Assembly: GCA_044228505.1 (NCBI GenBank)
Contig: JBGAUT010000014.1
Span: 14,725-78,724, forward strand
DNA: 64,000 bases
Direction: 5' to 3'
Source: Polyangia bacterium
Lineage (GTDB): Bacteria; Myxococcota_A; Polyangia; Palsa-1104; JAEUJZ01
Shown: piece after piece, positions 18,804 to 28,544 of the stretch
Position numbering within the stretch: position 1 is the first letter of the stretch
Layout: each line of letters begins with the position of its first letter
Made by a program: the position numbers and the translations under genes
The notes under the pieces: model-generated
What the model saw: only the letters and a program-made list of their open reading frames with translations
Told to the model about the DNA's origin: nothing
Databases searched by the model: none

Positions 18804-19997
18804 ATGCAGCATCTAGTGCCTCCCAAGCTGGCCAATCTCTTACATCCAAATGCGAACCATGTAGAGGCCAAGCCACCGACTCTGACCGAGCATCACAAAG
18901 CTGCCGATGGTCTTCATCCAGCAACTGGTGGCATCAATGCTCAAGCTCACCAGGGAACCGTGTCACCCGAGGCCAATCAGCAAGCGGCCAAGACGTTGGA
19001 GCACTTTGCGGACCCGAAGCCAGCAGGGGCTGGCGCACAAGTCGCTCCCAAGACCGCGGGGCTGTATCCTGGAGTGACCGATCTAACCGGAACGTACGGA
19101 AAGCTCGCAGCAGGAAAGCGAGCCGATACGCAAGGTGTCGTCCTTCACCGTACAGAGACGGCTACCGCACAAGGTGCCCTCAACGCATACAATTCACGGA
19201 TCAAAAATGGCGAGCATGTTGGTGCGCAGTACTTGATCGATGAAGTGGGCAAGACCAGTCTGGTCACGCCTGCGGACTCGCTCACGTACCACTCGAAGGG
19301 ATTCAACAGCTCTACCGTTGGCGTCGAAGTAGTTGGTCCCGGAGTTCACTTGGATCGCTCCGGGAAGGGCAAGTCTGTGCGGCAGCAAGTCACGGATCTC
19401 AATCTGTCCCCAGAATTTCAATCACGACTCCTTGGCTACAAGGACAAGCAGTTAGACAACGTCGTCAAATGGAATGGCGACACGATCTACGAAGACATCA
19501 GCGGCAAGCAGAAGCGCTCGGTGTGGAACCTCTCGAATCAGCTTGCGAAGACCTATAATTTGGATATGTCGTCGCTGTCTCATCACGGAAAGGATGAATC
19601 GGGAAGCAACAACTACTCTCCGCAGAACTTTCCGGACTTCTCTGCTCATGAACACTTGAATCCCAAGGCGCTCGGCGAAGGCGAAGCCATCACAGAGTTC
19701 CTGCAAGCGCGTCAGCAGTATCCCCAGATGGTTGCAGCAGCCCAAGAGAAGCTGGCCAAAGCGCAGGCAGCCGGTGCAACTCCGGAACAACTCAAGCAGC
19801 AGCAAGCCATCTTGCAGCGTGAGCAAGCGACTTTGGGAGCGCTGAATCTCGATGGCGATCCTCATGAACAGGAACTCCTGGCGGCAGAACAGAAGTCGGG
19901 TAAGCCAGGCGAAGCTACACAGCGCGAAAACCTCCGTACGGAGTACTATGACGACTTTTATGACCGGATGGCCGAGCTAAAGGGAATCGTCAAGTAG
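18804..19997 (+). CDS. Amidase_2/PGRP-domain protein without a signal peptide, with a coiled-coil C-terminus
   Basis: Motifs VVLHRTE, GAQYLIDEVGKTSLV, VGVEVVG and FSAHEHL resemble the N-acetylmuramoyl-L-alanine amidase fold. About 110 aa of disordered N-terminus. Visibly lower GC than surrounding genes. Confidence 0.55.
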   Translation: MQHLVPPKLANLLHPNANHVEAKPPTLTEHHKAADGLHPATGGINAQAHQGTVSPEANQQAAKTLEHFADPKPAGAGAQVAPKTAGLYPGVTDLTGTYGKLAAGKRADTQGVVLHRTETATAQGALNAYNSRIKNGEHVGAQYLIDEVGKTSLVTPADSLTYHSKGFNSSTVGVEVVGPGVHLDRSGKGKSVRQQVTDLNLSPEFQSRLLGYKDKQLDNVVKWNGDTIYEDISGKQKRSVWNLSNQLAKTYNLDMSSLSHHGKDESGSNNYSPQNFPDFSAHEHLNPKALGEGEAITEFLQARQQYPQMVAAAQEKLAKAQAAGATPEQLKQQQAILQREQATLGALNLDGDPHEQELLAAEQKSGKPGEATQRENLRTEYYDDFYDRMAELKGIVK

Positions 19998-20033
19998 ACC
20001 CCCACTTGCCGAGGATATCCACCGAGGGCAGGT

Positions 20034-20717
20034 ATGATTGACAGAGAGCGAGAAGACGTACTGCTGAAGCAGGCCGTGGCACGAGGACTCCTCGATGCAG
20101 AGGATGTCTCGACCTTGCGAAATATGCCTCAGGCAGTGGGCTCGACCCTACGTTTTGGACCCCGTCTTGACCGATTGGTGGAGCAGGGAAAGCTATCAGA
20201 AGGACAGCTTGAACGACTCTCTGCAGAACTGGCAGCGTTTGAACGTACACTCGACGGGAGAGCGGAGTCTGTCTCGTCCGCTTCACCAACAGAAAGAGTC
20301 TCGGTTCAGCTACCGCCGTGGCTTGTACAGTGGTCCCAGTACGAGGTGTTGGGACTGCTTGGTCAAGGCGGCATGGGCATGGTGTATCGAGCCCGCGACC
20401 GGCGCTTGTCAAGAGAGGTCGCACTGAAGTTCATCAGCGTAACTGATGATCAGCTTCGCAAACGATTCCTGACCGAAGCCCGTGCCCAGGCCAGGCTCAA
20501 TCACGAGTTCATCTGCAAAGTCTTCGAAGTAGGAGAAGTTCAGGGACACCCCTACATCGCCATGGAGTTGGTGCAGGGCAAACCGCTGTCAACGATACAC
20601 CGCAGCCTCAATCGCGAACAAAAGCTCACCCTCGTGAGAGACATTTCCCATGCAGTCCACACCGCCCACAGCTTGGGAATCATCCACCGAGACTTAAAGC
20701 CGGCCAATGTGTATTGA
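20034..20717 (+). CDS. Ser/Thr protein kinase, N-terminal fragment (subdomains I-VIb), interrupted
   Basis: GQGGMGMVY glycine loop, VALK lysine motif and HRDLKPANV catalytic loop. The frame stops immediately after the catalytic loop. Confidence 0.7.
   Translation: MIDREREDVLLKQAVARGLLDAEDVSTLRNMPQAVGSTLRFGPRLDRLVEQGKLSEGQLERLSAELAAFERTLDGRAESVSSASPTERVSVQLPPWLVQWSQYEVLGLLGQGGMGMVYRARDRRLSREVALKFISVTDDQLRKRFLTEARAQARLNHEFICKVFEVGEVQGHPYIAMELVQGKPLSTIHRSLNREQKLTLVRDISHAVHTAHSLGIIHRDLKPANVY
20699..20710. repeat. 12-bp direct repeat GCCGGCCAATGT (second copy at 23658-23669) flanking the insertion in the kinase gene
   Basis: Identical 12-mers encode PANV at the end of the N-terminal fragment and again at the start of the C-terminal fragment. 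The flanking sequence is imperfectly similar. Confidence 0.45.
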
Positions 20718-20911
20718 TTGATTTTGTAAATTCAGCGTGGGGCAAGACATACCGTTCGCAGCGTTGGGAATGTCGGTGGGAAGGTGGCATTGGGGTTGGA
20801 TGTCATGAGTTCTGCCACTCAGTGGCGACCGGAGGCTGCTCTGCCATCGAGGAGCTGTACTATCAAGAGCCGCGTCTCTCCACTTTTGATATAGTTGGTG
20901 TAGGGGGTTCC

Positions 20912-21313
20912 ATGCGTGTTATGTCGGGTCGTGTTGGACGTGTGATAAGTACGCTGGCGGTGTTCGTCCTGCTACCGCTGTCTGCCAAAGCTGAGCCCGT
21001 TGGGAACGTGGTAAACAGCGCCAAAGCCGTGGCCACCAAGGTTGTCCCTCTCGCCAAAAAGGCAGCACCAGTGGCGAGCAAAGCCGTTCAGACCGTGCGC
21101 GGCAACGGCAGTGCACCGGCCACCGCACCTCAGCAGGCACAAGCTGCGCCCTCTGGCCCCGCGCAGCCACAGGCCAGTCCGTCCATTCAGGATCAGGCCG
21201 TGGGAGTCCTACGCAGCGCGGCGGCAGGAGTGAAAGGCCCAGCCGCTTCCCCGCCAGCCTCCGCACCGAGTCCTGCTCCTCGCGGCGCACCTCCGGGCGC
21301 ACCTCCCGGATAG
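20912..21313 (+). CDS. small secreted Ala/Pro-rich protein
   Basis: Signal peptide MRVMSGRVGRVISTLAVFVLLPLSAKA followed by a low-complexity A/P/Q-rich region. Confidence 0.4.
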   Translation: MRVMSGRVGRVISTLAVFVLLPLSAKAEPVGNVVNSAKAVATKVVPLAKKAAPVASKAVQTVRGNGSAPATAPQQAQAAPSGPAQPQASPSIQDQAVGVLRSAAAGVKGPAASPPASAPSPAPRGAPPGAPPG

Positions 21314-21347
21314 AAACGACCACAACGGCATCGAGTCCCCAGCCCGA

Positions 21348-22106
21348 CTACGGAACAAACGGAGTCCACATCGAGGCGAGCCAGCTCTGCGGACGATGGT
21401 TGGATATTCCCAGCGGATACTCTTTACCAGTAGGTACCTCATGCGTGCCAAACACGATGTCCAGCCAGGGCGCAAGGTTGCCAAAGTTGGTGAGTCCGTG
21501 ACCTCGTGCGTGATGCCAGTGGTGCAGCTCGGGAGACCCCAGTAGGTAGCGAAGCGGACCGATTGGAAGTCGAACATTCGAGTGAATGAAGATCGCCCAC
21601 ATACCGCGAAACACCGCGAGCCCAGCCAGTCCTCCCATTGGCACGCCAAGGAGAATGGCCGGTAGATTCTGCATCAGCTGAGTCAGCATCCCGTCCACAG
21701 GGTGCTCTCTGTGTGCGGCCAGCCAGTCGAGATGCTCGCTGCTGTGGTGAACCGAATGAAATCGCCACAGCAAGTTCGAGGCATGACACGCACGGTGAAA
21801 CCAATAGACCAGCACATCGCCGAGCACCACTGAGCCAAGGAACAAGACGATCTTCGGCGCTGAAATGAAAGGCTTCGTTCCCAAGTGCGCGGTGACAAAT
21901 CGCAACAGAGAGATCGACAGCACATTCCACAGAAGGTACTGACCGAAAAAGTACGCCGCATCCGTGACCAAGGCTGGACGAAAAATCGGCTGTTGCCGAG
22001 CAGGAAAGAGTCTCTCTAACGGAACAAAGACCGCAATCAAAACCACCAAGCTCGCCAGCGCGGCGCTCAGCCAAGACTGTGCAGACGAGATCAGCTCGCT
22101 CATCAC
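21348..22106 (-). CDS. fatty acid hydroxylase / sterol desaturase superfamily membrane enzyme
   Basis: His boxes HRACHA, HSVHHSSEH and HHWHHA, with multiple TM helices. Overlaps the upstream small gene by 4 bp. Confidence 0.65.
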   Translation of the reverse strand: MMSELISSAQSWLSAALASLVVLIAVFVPLERLFPARQQPIFRPALVTDAAYFFGQYLLWNVLSISLLRFVTAHLGTKPFISAPKIVLFLGSVVLGDVLVYWFHRACHASNLLWRFHSVHHSSEHLDWLAAHREHPVDGMLTQLMQNLPAILLGVPMGGLAGLAVFRGMWAIFIHSNVRLPIGPLRYLLGSPELHHWHHARGHGLTNFGNLAPWLDIVFGTHEVPTGKEYPLGISNHRPQSWLASMWTPFVP

Positions 22107-22423
22107 TTGGCCTGTTGCTGAACTGGTTCCGGAGTCTTCCTGGCAGATGGCGACGGGAGGAAGACGGCTGCAGATTTGGATGCCCCCATGAATCGATTGG
22201 GAATCTCTGGCTCCGGTGAAGCGGGTGCTGGGGGTGGCGGGGGTGGAGCAGGCTGCACAGTCGGGGGTGGCGATGGCTTGACAGACTGCGGCGGAGCCGA
22301 CTGGGACTTCCCGTCAGACTGCTTCGTACTACAACCCGAATCCTCACGCGATGCATTGCTGGTGAGCATCGCGACGACTCCAACTGCAAAGACCAAGGAC
22401 AGCGCTCTGAGAACGGTTCGCAT
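22103..22423 (-). CDS. small secreted proline-rich protein
   Basis: Signal peptide and a PPPPPPAP tract. Its stop overlaps the downstream start (ATGA). Confidence 0.4.
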   Translation of the reverse strand: MRTVLRALSLVFAVGVVAMLTSNASREDSGCSTKQSDGKSQSAPPQSVKPSPPPTVQPAPPPPPPAPASPEPEIPNRFMGASKSAAVFLPSPSARKTPEPVQQQAK

Positions 22424-22477
22424 GACAGCTCCGAGTTAGTGAATGAGACAGTGAACGCGTTGACCAAAGGATTGGGT

Positions 22478-23482
22478 CTAGTGATTCCTCCGCACCAGTC
22501 CGCGCAGACGGTGAACATCGATCATTCGCGACATGCCTTCGCCTCCCGCAGTCGCCCAGGAAGCAAAGATCTCCGCACAATGAAGAGCCCATGATAGCAG
22601 AGTCTGCCGAATCTGTTGATCGGACGCGCTACCACCCATCTGAGCGGCTGCTGACTCACAGATTTGCATCCGGGCAGTCATGCCACCATCCGGATCATCC
22701 GGATCGTCTTCAGGATAGGCAGCAGAAAGCAGAGCTTTGGCTTCCTCCTGCTGATCCTTGCGCAGTAGCTCGATGAGTTGATCGCGCACGGCGTGATAGC
22801 GCTCCTTGGCAGCCACCGCAGCTCGATCCATCCTGGCCAGCACTGCGCGAGCAATCTGCAGGGTCATCGCGGCCGATTCGCCCTTCACCACTGACACTTT
22901 CTGGCAGATACGCTCGACCCGTTGACGAAGGTGCTGTCCGGACTCCGCCACCGCGTAGAGCGCCGTCAAAGCGACTGCAAGCTCCGCTCCCGATGGATCC
23001 CCATCCAGGTGACGCGCAATCGCGTGAAGTGAGGCAGCGCGCAGCTCACGCGGCACAGTGGGCATACGTGCCACCAGTTGAAGCGTCAGAAACTGCGTCG
23101 GTTCTTCGGTTCGAGAGAGCGCATCACGAAGCTCTGCAACAAGATTGGGCCGCACAGCAAGCCGTGTCTGTGCCACTCGCAGAGCCACCGGATGCGTACA
23201 GGACAACACCGTACCGAGAACCTCCGCAAGCGTTGCATCCGTAGGAAGACTTGCCGCCTTGCGCACCTGCTGCGAGGCCTCTTCGGAAAGCTCCAGCCGC
23301 AGCAGGCCGATCGGACCAGACTCCCCTGCCACAGGCTGTCCCGCGACAATGGTGCCGCAAAGAGAGCAACACAACAGCACCAAGTCGGGTGCCGACACTT
23401 GAAGCTGTAGTCCTGTCGCGGGGCAAGCACACGCTAGCGGCGTATCTAACGACAGGATCTCAGCAGCGGGGGATGCAGACAT
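22478..23482 (-). CDS. hypothetical protein
   Basis: Long ORF with no recognisable motif. The ORF runs to 23584 but the start was placed at MSASPAAE. Confidence 0.4.
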   Translation of the reverse strand: MSASPAAEILSLDTPLACACPATGLQLQVSAPDLVLLCCSLCGTIVAGQPVAGESGPIGLLRLELSEEASQQVRKAASLPTDATLAEVLGTVLSCTHPVALRVAQTRLAVRPNLVAELRDALSRTEEPTQFLTLQLVARMPTVPRELRAASLHAIARHLDGDPSGAELAVALTALYAVAESGQHLRQRVERICQKVSVVKGESAAMTLQIARAVLARMDRAAVAAKERYHAVRDQLIELLRKDQQEEAKALLSAAYPEDDPDDPDGGMTARMQICESAAAQMGGSASDQQIRQTLLSWALHCAEIFASWATAGGEGMSRMIDVHRLRGLVRRNH

Positions 23483-23634
23483 ACTCTGGTTATCATACCC
23501 CTTTCGAGAAAAACAGATCGACGATTCAGCCAGTCCTTCACCCAGTGCTCGCGTCCGTGAGTACCCGCCTCCGCTTTGCCGCACAGTACCATTTCCCCAC
23601 CTCTTTCAGTCGGCCTCAGGGAAGAGTGAAGGCT

Positions 23635-24297
23635 ATGCTCGACTTGGTCGAGATTGAGCCGGCCAATGTCATGATCGTAGAAAAGGAGGATGGCACCCTC
23701 CGTCCAGTGGTCATGGACTTTGGACTCGCACGAGATCAGAGCAGTGAAGAGCACCTCACCATGACCGGGATGGTCATGGGCACTCCTGCCTATATGTCTC
23801 CTGAACAAGCCCAAGGAGAGATCAGCCGGATTGATCGTCGCAGCGATGTCTACAGCCTGGGAGCCATGCTCTACGAGCTGCTGTCTGGTCAACTTCCCTT
23901 TGCGGGAGCAACAACGGTGGCGATGATCCTGCAGGTCATTCAGCAGGAGCCGCCCCCACTGCGCAAAGTCAACGCAGAGATTCCCATTGATCTAGAAACC
24001 ATCGTTGCCAAAGCGATGGCCAAGGAGATTCAGCGGCGCTACGACACGGCCCGTGCTTTCGCAGAGGATCTCGAGCGATTCCTAAACGGAGAGCCGATCC
24101 TCGCACGCAAAGCGTCGATACTTTATGTGGCGCACCCGAAGCCAATATCGCGCCGTCCCAAACCAACCATCACTCCTGCCGGTGGGATGTATGCGGGAAT
24201 CGGTCATGTCAGAAAACGGACCAGGCCCTGCGAGCGGTTGCCAATCAAGGCGCTGGAACTTCCTTTACGGACACTTCAGCAGTGGAGCAATCGGTGA
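23635..24297 (+). CDS. Ser/Thr protein kinase, C-terminal fragment (subdomains VII-XI)
   Basis: MDFGLAR (the DFG motif) and GTPAYMSPEQ (the APE motif) follow PANVMIVEK. AAGG sits 4 nt before the ATG at 23635. The open frame further upstream overlaps the opposite-strand gene and is judged spurious. Confidence 0.65.
   Translation: MLDLVEIEPANVMIVEKEDGTLRPVVMDFGLARDQSSEEHLTMTGMVMGTPAYMSPEQAQGEISRIDRRSDVYSLGAMLYELLSGQLPFAGATTVAMILQVIQQEPPPLRKVNAEIPIDLETIVAKAMAKEIQRRYDTARAFAEDLERFLNGEPILARKASILYVAHPKPISRRPKPTITPAGGMYAGIGHVRKRTRPCERLPIKALELPLRTLQQWSNR
23658..23669. repeat. second copy of the 12-bp direct repeat GCCGGCCAATGT
   Basis: See 20699-20710. Confidence 0.45.
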
Positions 24298-25785
24298 GAC
24301 CGGAGCCACCCCCATTGCAGAAGTCATGGTGTCGTAGCTCGACAGGTTACTGGTTAAGACTCCCACTATCTCTGCGTAGGTCTGATTGAGCTTGTTGGCT
24401 GTTGAGCTCTCTGCAACGCACAGAAACTTGGTGGTGCCGCACAGAGGAATCTCTTCACAGCCAGGATTCGCCGGGGCCGCCACCTTTAGTTCCAGCGTTC
24501 CGTATAAGGCGCGTCCGTCGACCATCACCAGATCGACATCGACAGGCGAAGCGGAAAGCAGTGCATCATAGGGTTGTCCGGCATCACCCCGGAACAGTAC
24601 CAAATCTGCACGCTTGCCAACTTCGAGGGTACCAAGCGCAGCGTCCACTCCCAGCGCACGAGCCGCATCTACCGTCACCATTTCAAACAATCGGCGCGTA
24701 GTAAGAAGTCCGTTAAACTTACTGTCGCTCACCTGCCGTGCAACCTTCAATTCATCCAGCAGATTGACACTGCCTCCCAAAGACCAGTCTGGCGCAAGCG
24801 CAATGGTATTCACCCCCGCCATCATCGCCAGATCAATCCGAGTGGTGTCATTGTACAAAAACAGATTCGACTTCGGTGACCAGATGAGCTTCATTCCGGC
24901 AATGCCCATCTTGGTAAACTCGGGAGCCCCGAGCGCGGTACCATGGACGATGGCCGTTTGAGGGGCCAACAGACAGCCACTGGCGCGACTCTCTAGCGTG
25001 GCAAACTCATTTCTGGCCGTGGCATTGATACCTTCGGCCACATGCACGGCGTAGGCATTGGCTGTACCGGCTGTAAACGCATTGCAAATGGTTTGTGCGG
25101 CGGCGGAGTTGTTTGGGACAGAAATGGCCGTTCGCAATCGATCGACTCCGAGATCATTGCGCGAAGTATCAATCGTCCTTGCCAAGGACTCATAACAAGC
25201 CAGCTCCACCGCCCCAGGAGCGAGCGTGAACGAAGTGGTGCCGGCAATCAGGGCCTTGATCTCTGCGTATTTGTCGATCTCACACCGCAGATCCACCGGT
25301 GAGGTGACGTCTTTGTTGAGATACTGTTTGGCGTCCAGAACCTGCTGATAGCGAACGTCGGAGGTCCAGTCATTGTGACTGCCGTAGAACCTGCCCGGAC
25401 TCCAGTCTGCTTCATCGAAAATGTTAAAAAGACCATGATTATGGCCATCGAGCATTCCCGGCATGATCACCCCAGAGGTAGTGATCACCGTGGCACCGCT
25501 TGCGGCGGGTAGAGACGAACACGAGTCCGCTACGCAGGTGATGTTCGCTCCTTCGACCAGCAGTTCCCCTCGCAGGGGACCACCTGGAGTAAGCATCACT
25601 CCGCGCAGAAGGAATCGATCGGTAGCCCCAGGCACAATCGAGGGAGGCAGCCAGTTCCCGCCATCTTGAGTCATGGACATCATGTCCGCTCCCAGATCGC
25701 TCTCTGTGCTTCCATCGCTGCGACAGCCCAAGTAGGCCAAACATCCAGATAACAGTAGTGCCTGGATCTGCTGCTGCCAACGCAT
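24265..25785 (-). CDS. amidohydrolase-family lipoprotein
   Basis: Lipobox LSGCLAYLGC and metal-binding motif PGMLDGHNH. Confidence 0.7.
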   Translation of the reverse strand: MRWQQQIQALLLSGCLAYLGCRSDGSTESDLGADMMSMTQDGGNWLPPSIVPGATDRFLLRGVMLTPGGPLRGELLVEGANITCVADSCSSLPAASGATVITTSGVIMPGMLDGHNHGLFNIFDEADWSPGRFYGSHNDWTSDVRYQQVLDAKQYLNKDVTSPVDLRCEIDKYAEIKALIAGTTSFTLAPGAVELACYESLARTIDTSRNDLGVDRLRTAISVPNNSAAAQTICNAFTAGTANAYAVHVAEGINATARNEFATLESRASGCLLAPQTAIVHGTALGAPEFTKMGIAGMKLIWSPKSNLFLYNDTTRIDLAMMAGVNTIALAPDWSLGGSVNLLDELKVARQVSDSKFNGLLTTRRLFEMVTVDAARALGVDAALGTLEVGKRADLVLFRGDAGQPYDALLSASPVDVDLVMVDGRALYGTLELKVAAPANPGCEEIPLCGTTKFLCVAESSTANKLNQTYAEIVGVLTSNLSSYDTMTSAMGVAPVSPIAPLLKCP

Positions 25786-26079
25786 GGTTCCCCCTCTTGC
25801 TCTGGGTTGTGCGCAGCCGAACTGCCTGCCTCCTAGAGCGCCCCAGGATCGCTCTGCGCGATTACGCCGAATCTCTCACAGTAGCCGGAGTCCTTTCGAT
25901 CTGGCGAGAGCAAACCGCACACCCTACACTCTATGGTCGGCGGCTCATACTCCGCCTACAGCTGGTACCGCTACAGAGCCCCTTGCTCCTTGCTCTATGA
26001 GTAGCGGTCAGCGGGAGCATGCCTCGCTCTACAAAATCAGTATCGAAGCCTTACTCCTCGACGACATATTGGAGAGAAC

Positions 26080-27255
26080 ATGACCAGTAAGTACGTACTC
26101 GTGGCTCCGCTCGTCCTTCTTACGGCGGTCGGATGTCGTAATGAAAACACCGACAATCAGTCCGACCTCATGATGACCCCGGATGACATGTCTGTGGCAG
26201 AAGATCTGAGCGGTTTGCCGGCAGACCTTTCCGCACCCGACCTAACTGGTGCCGATCTGCTGCCTCCGCCACCGCCCGCAGATTTCTTTGTGGTCCGAGT
26301 GGGAGACGGAACCGCCGCACTCACCAGTGCCGCTACCGCAACGTTCCTTGAGCGTCGCAAACTCAGTGATGGAAGTCTGGTCGGCACAGCATTGGCTCTG
26401 CCCACTGCCGTCAGCGGCACCAATCGCATCTTGACCATGGGAGGTAGCTCGACCGGCGAGGGAGGACTTAGTCGTTCGGTCGATGGTCGCTATCTGCTGG
26501 TAGCCGGCTACGATGCCGCCGTGGGAACTGCCTCCGTTGCGGGTACGGCATCCGCCACCACCAGCCGCGTCATCGGACGCATTGATAGCACCGGCACGAT
26601 CGACACCAGCACAGCCGGTGACTTTCTCAGCGGCAACTCCATCCGCAGCGCCAGCAGCAACGATGGAAAAGACCTCTGGGCCGCAGGTGCAGGAGGAATT
26701 TTCTACACAACCTTTGGGAGTACTGCCAAGCCGACCTCTCTGCTCACGACCAACTTCCGTTGGCTGCACGTATTTGGCACGCAACTGTACGGTAGCAGTG
26801 GTTCCGGCACCAACGCCGGTATCAACAGCGTCGGAAGCGGCACGCCGATGACCACAACCACCGCGACTCTGCTAAATGGCTTTGCGGCTCAGATCGGTTC
26901 GTCTCACTACGGCTTCGTTGGATTCGACACAGATGGTCTGGCTGGAATCGACATTCTATACGTTGCCGACGACCGGGCGGCCGGTTCCGGCGGCGGAATT
27001 CAGCGATGGAAGCTAAACGGAGCCACCTGGACACTCCAGGGGACGATGGTCAAGAACTTAACCGCAGGAGTGCGCGGACTGACCGGCTATCAGCAAGGCA
27101 ACAACTCCGTGCTGTTCGCCACCACCGCTGAAGTTCCAGCGCGTATCGTTCGATTCACCGATGACGGCACCGCGATTGATATGCTGACTCCTACGGCCCT
27201 GGCCACAGCGTCAAACAACACCGCGTATCGCGGAATCGCGCTGGCACCGCAGTAA
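26080..27255 (+). CDS. lipoprotein, Gly/Ser/Thr-rich, unknown function
   Basis: Lipobox LTAVGC. No recognisable catalytic motifs. Confidence 0.55.
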   Translation: MTSKYVLVAPLVLLTAVGCRNENTDNQSDLMMTPDDMSVAEDLSGLPADLSAPDLTGADLLPPPPPADFFVVRVGDGTAALTSAATATFLERRKLSDGSLVGTALALPTAVSGTNRILTMGGSSTGEGGLSRSVDGRYLLVAGYDAAVGTASVAGTASATTSRVIGRIDSTGTIDTSTAGDFLSGNSIRSASSNDGKDLWAAGAGGIFYTTFGSTAKPTSLLTTNFRWLHVFGTQLYGSSGSGTNAGINSVGSGTPMTTTTATLLNGFAAQIGSSHYGFVGFDTDGLAGIDILYVADDRAAGSGGGIQRWKLNGATWTLQGTMVKNLTAGVRGLTGYQQGNNSVLFATTAEVPARIVRFTDDGTAIDMLTPTALATASNNTAYRGIALAPQ

Positions 27256-27344
27256 CCCACACCACTATCGGAGCGCCACTTCCCCGGCTCGACGCGACTT
27301 CGCTGGGGAACACGCAAGCCACTTCTCGACGGCTTGGTGATGAT

Positions 27345-28505
27345 GTGGCGTACAAGCGCGCTCAGAAGCACAAAGCGGTGGTCGCGGTGTCGGTCTTGTG
27401 CGTGATGTCCGTCATAGCACTCCTGCTGGTCTTTGTCCGTGGCCGGGTGCTCGCCGCAAGAGAGCGCGAGCGCACCGACAGACAAGCCGCTCTGTCTCGG
27501 CAGCTTGGGCAAGACATCACTCAGATGGAGCTGTTCATGCGCGCAGCGTACATGTTGCCTGCCCATGACATCCGCAGAGAAAGCGCCGTGGTACGCGACC
27601 GGATGCGGAAAATCACAGAGCAACTCAATACGCTCGAAACAGACCTTCGTGGACCTGCCCACTACGCACTCGGTCGAGGACACCAAGTCCTTCAGGAGTA
27701 CGAAGAAGCGCGCAAGCAACTGGAAACGTCTCTGTCCGTAGGATACGACCGTCCGGAGGTCCACTATACGCTGGGACTCGTGCTAGGACAGCTGTATCAA
27801 AAGGGAATTGCTGAAAGCCGCAATGAGGTCGACCCGCAGCGTCGCAAAAAGCAGCGGATGAAGCTCGATGCCGAGCTGCTCACCGCGACACGTGCTCACT
27901 TGGAAAAGAGCGCGGGCACCCAGCTCGACTCCGCAAAGCTTATTGAGGGATGGCTTCACTATTATCAGGACAACGAGCAGAAGGCCCGACAAGCCGCGCA
28001 AGCCGCCGAAGCAGAAGCTCCTTGGGATTACCAGCCCGTGCTCCTCCAACTTACCATTGCGCGTAGGAAGGCAGACTCTCTGTACTTTCAAGGAAAAGTA
28101 AGCGAAGCCGCGACCACAGATCGACAAGTGGAGGCACTCCTAGATCAGCTAACAGAGATGGCCCGGAGTCTTCCGATCGTTTACTACGCACGGGTAGGCT
28201 ATCTTCGGGACCGACTGTTCCAAGATCTCTTTGAATACCGTGATATGGATGCACGCTTCGACAGCCTGATGGCTGCGCTCGACCGGCTTCGGGTGGTGTC
28301 GCCCAACAGCACCTACGTGTTCACCGAAAAGGCTGCGGCTTACGCTTATTTTGCGCGCCAAAAGTTGGTGCGCGGTGAAGACCCTCGTCCCGCTGCCAAA
28401 CAAACTGAGGCGGCGCTAGCAGAAGCGGAACAAGCAGGTGTTCCCAGCGGGCAGCTCGTCATTGTTCGCAATACAATCAATCGCAGTATGCTCGTCGAGC
28501 ATTAA
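27345..28505 (+). CDS. membrane-anchored helical-repeat protein
   Basis: GTG start and one N-terminal TM helix. The remainder is alpha-helical and repeat-like. Confidence 0.45.
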   Translation: MAYKRAQKHKAVVAVSVLCVMSVIALLLVFVRGRVLAARERERTDRQAALSRQLGQDITQMELFMRAAYMLPAHDIRRESAVVRDRMRKITEQLNTLETDLRGPAHYALGRGHQVLQEYEEARKQLETSLSVGYDRPEVHYTLGLVLGQLYQKGIAESRNEVDPQRRKKQRMKLDAELLTATRAHLEKSAGTQLDSAKLIEGWLHYYQDNEQKARQAAQAAEAEAPWDYQPVLLQLTIARRKADSLYFQGKVSEAATTDRQVEALLDQLTEMARSLPIVYYARVGYLRDRLFQDLFEYRDMDARFDSLMAALDRLRVVSPNSTYVFTEKAAAYAYFARQKLVRGEDPRPAAKQTEAALAEAEQAGVPSGQLVIVRNTINRSMLVEH

Positions 28506-28544
28506 GGTCGATTGCCCTCTCGGGGAATCGTATCGGAAACGAGA

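Noticed and set aside
21439-22518. 359-aa minus-strand ORF
   Set aside because: It is a Ser/Arg/Pro-rich shadow frame overlapping the fatty-acid hydroxylase and Pro-rich genes, which have clear motifs in another frame.
23251-23634. Upstream extension of the kinase C-terminal ORF
   Set aside because: It overlaps the opposite-strand gene at 22478-23482, carries no kinase homology and has no RBS. The start was placed at 23635.
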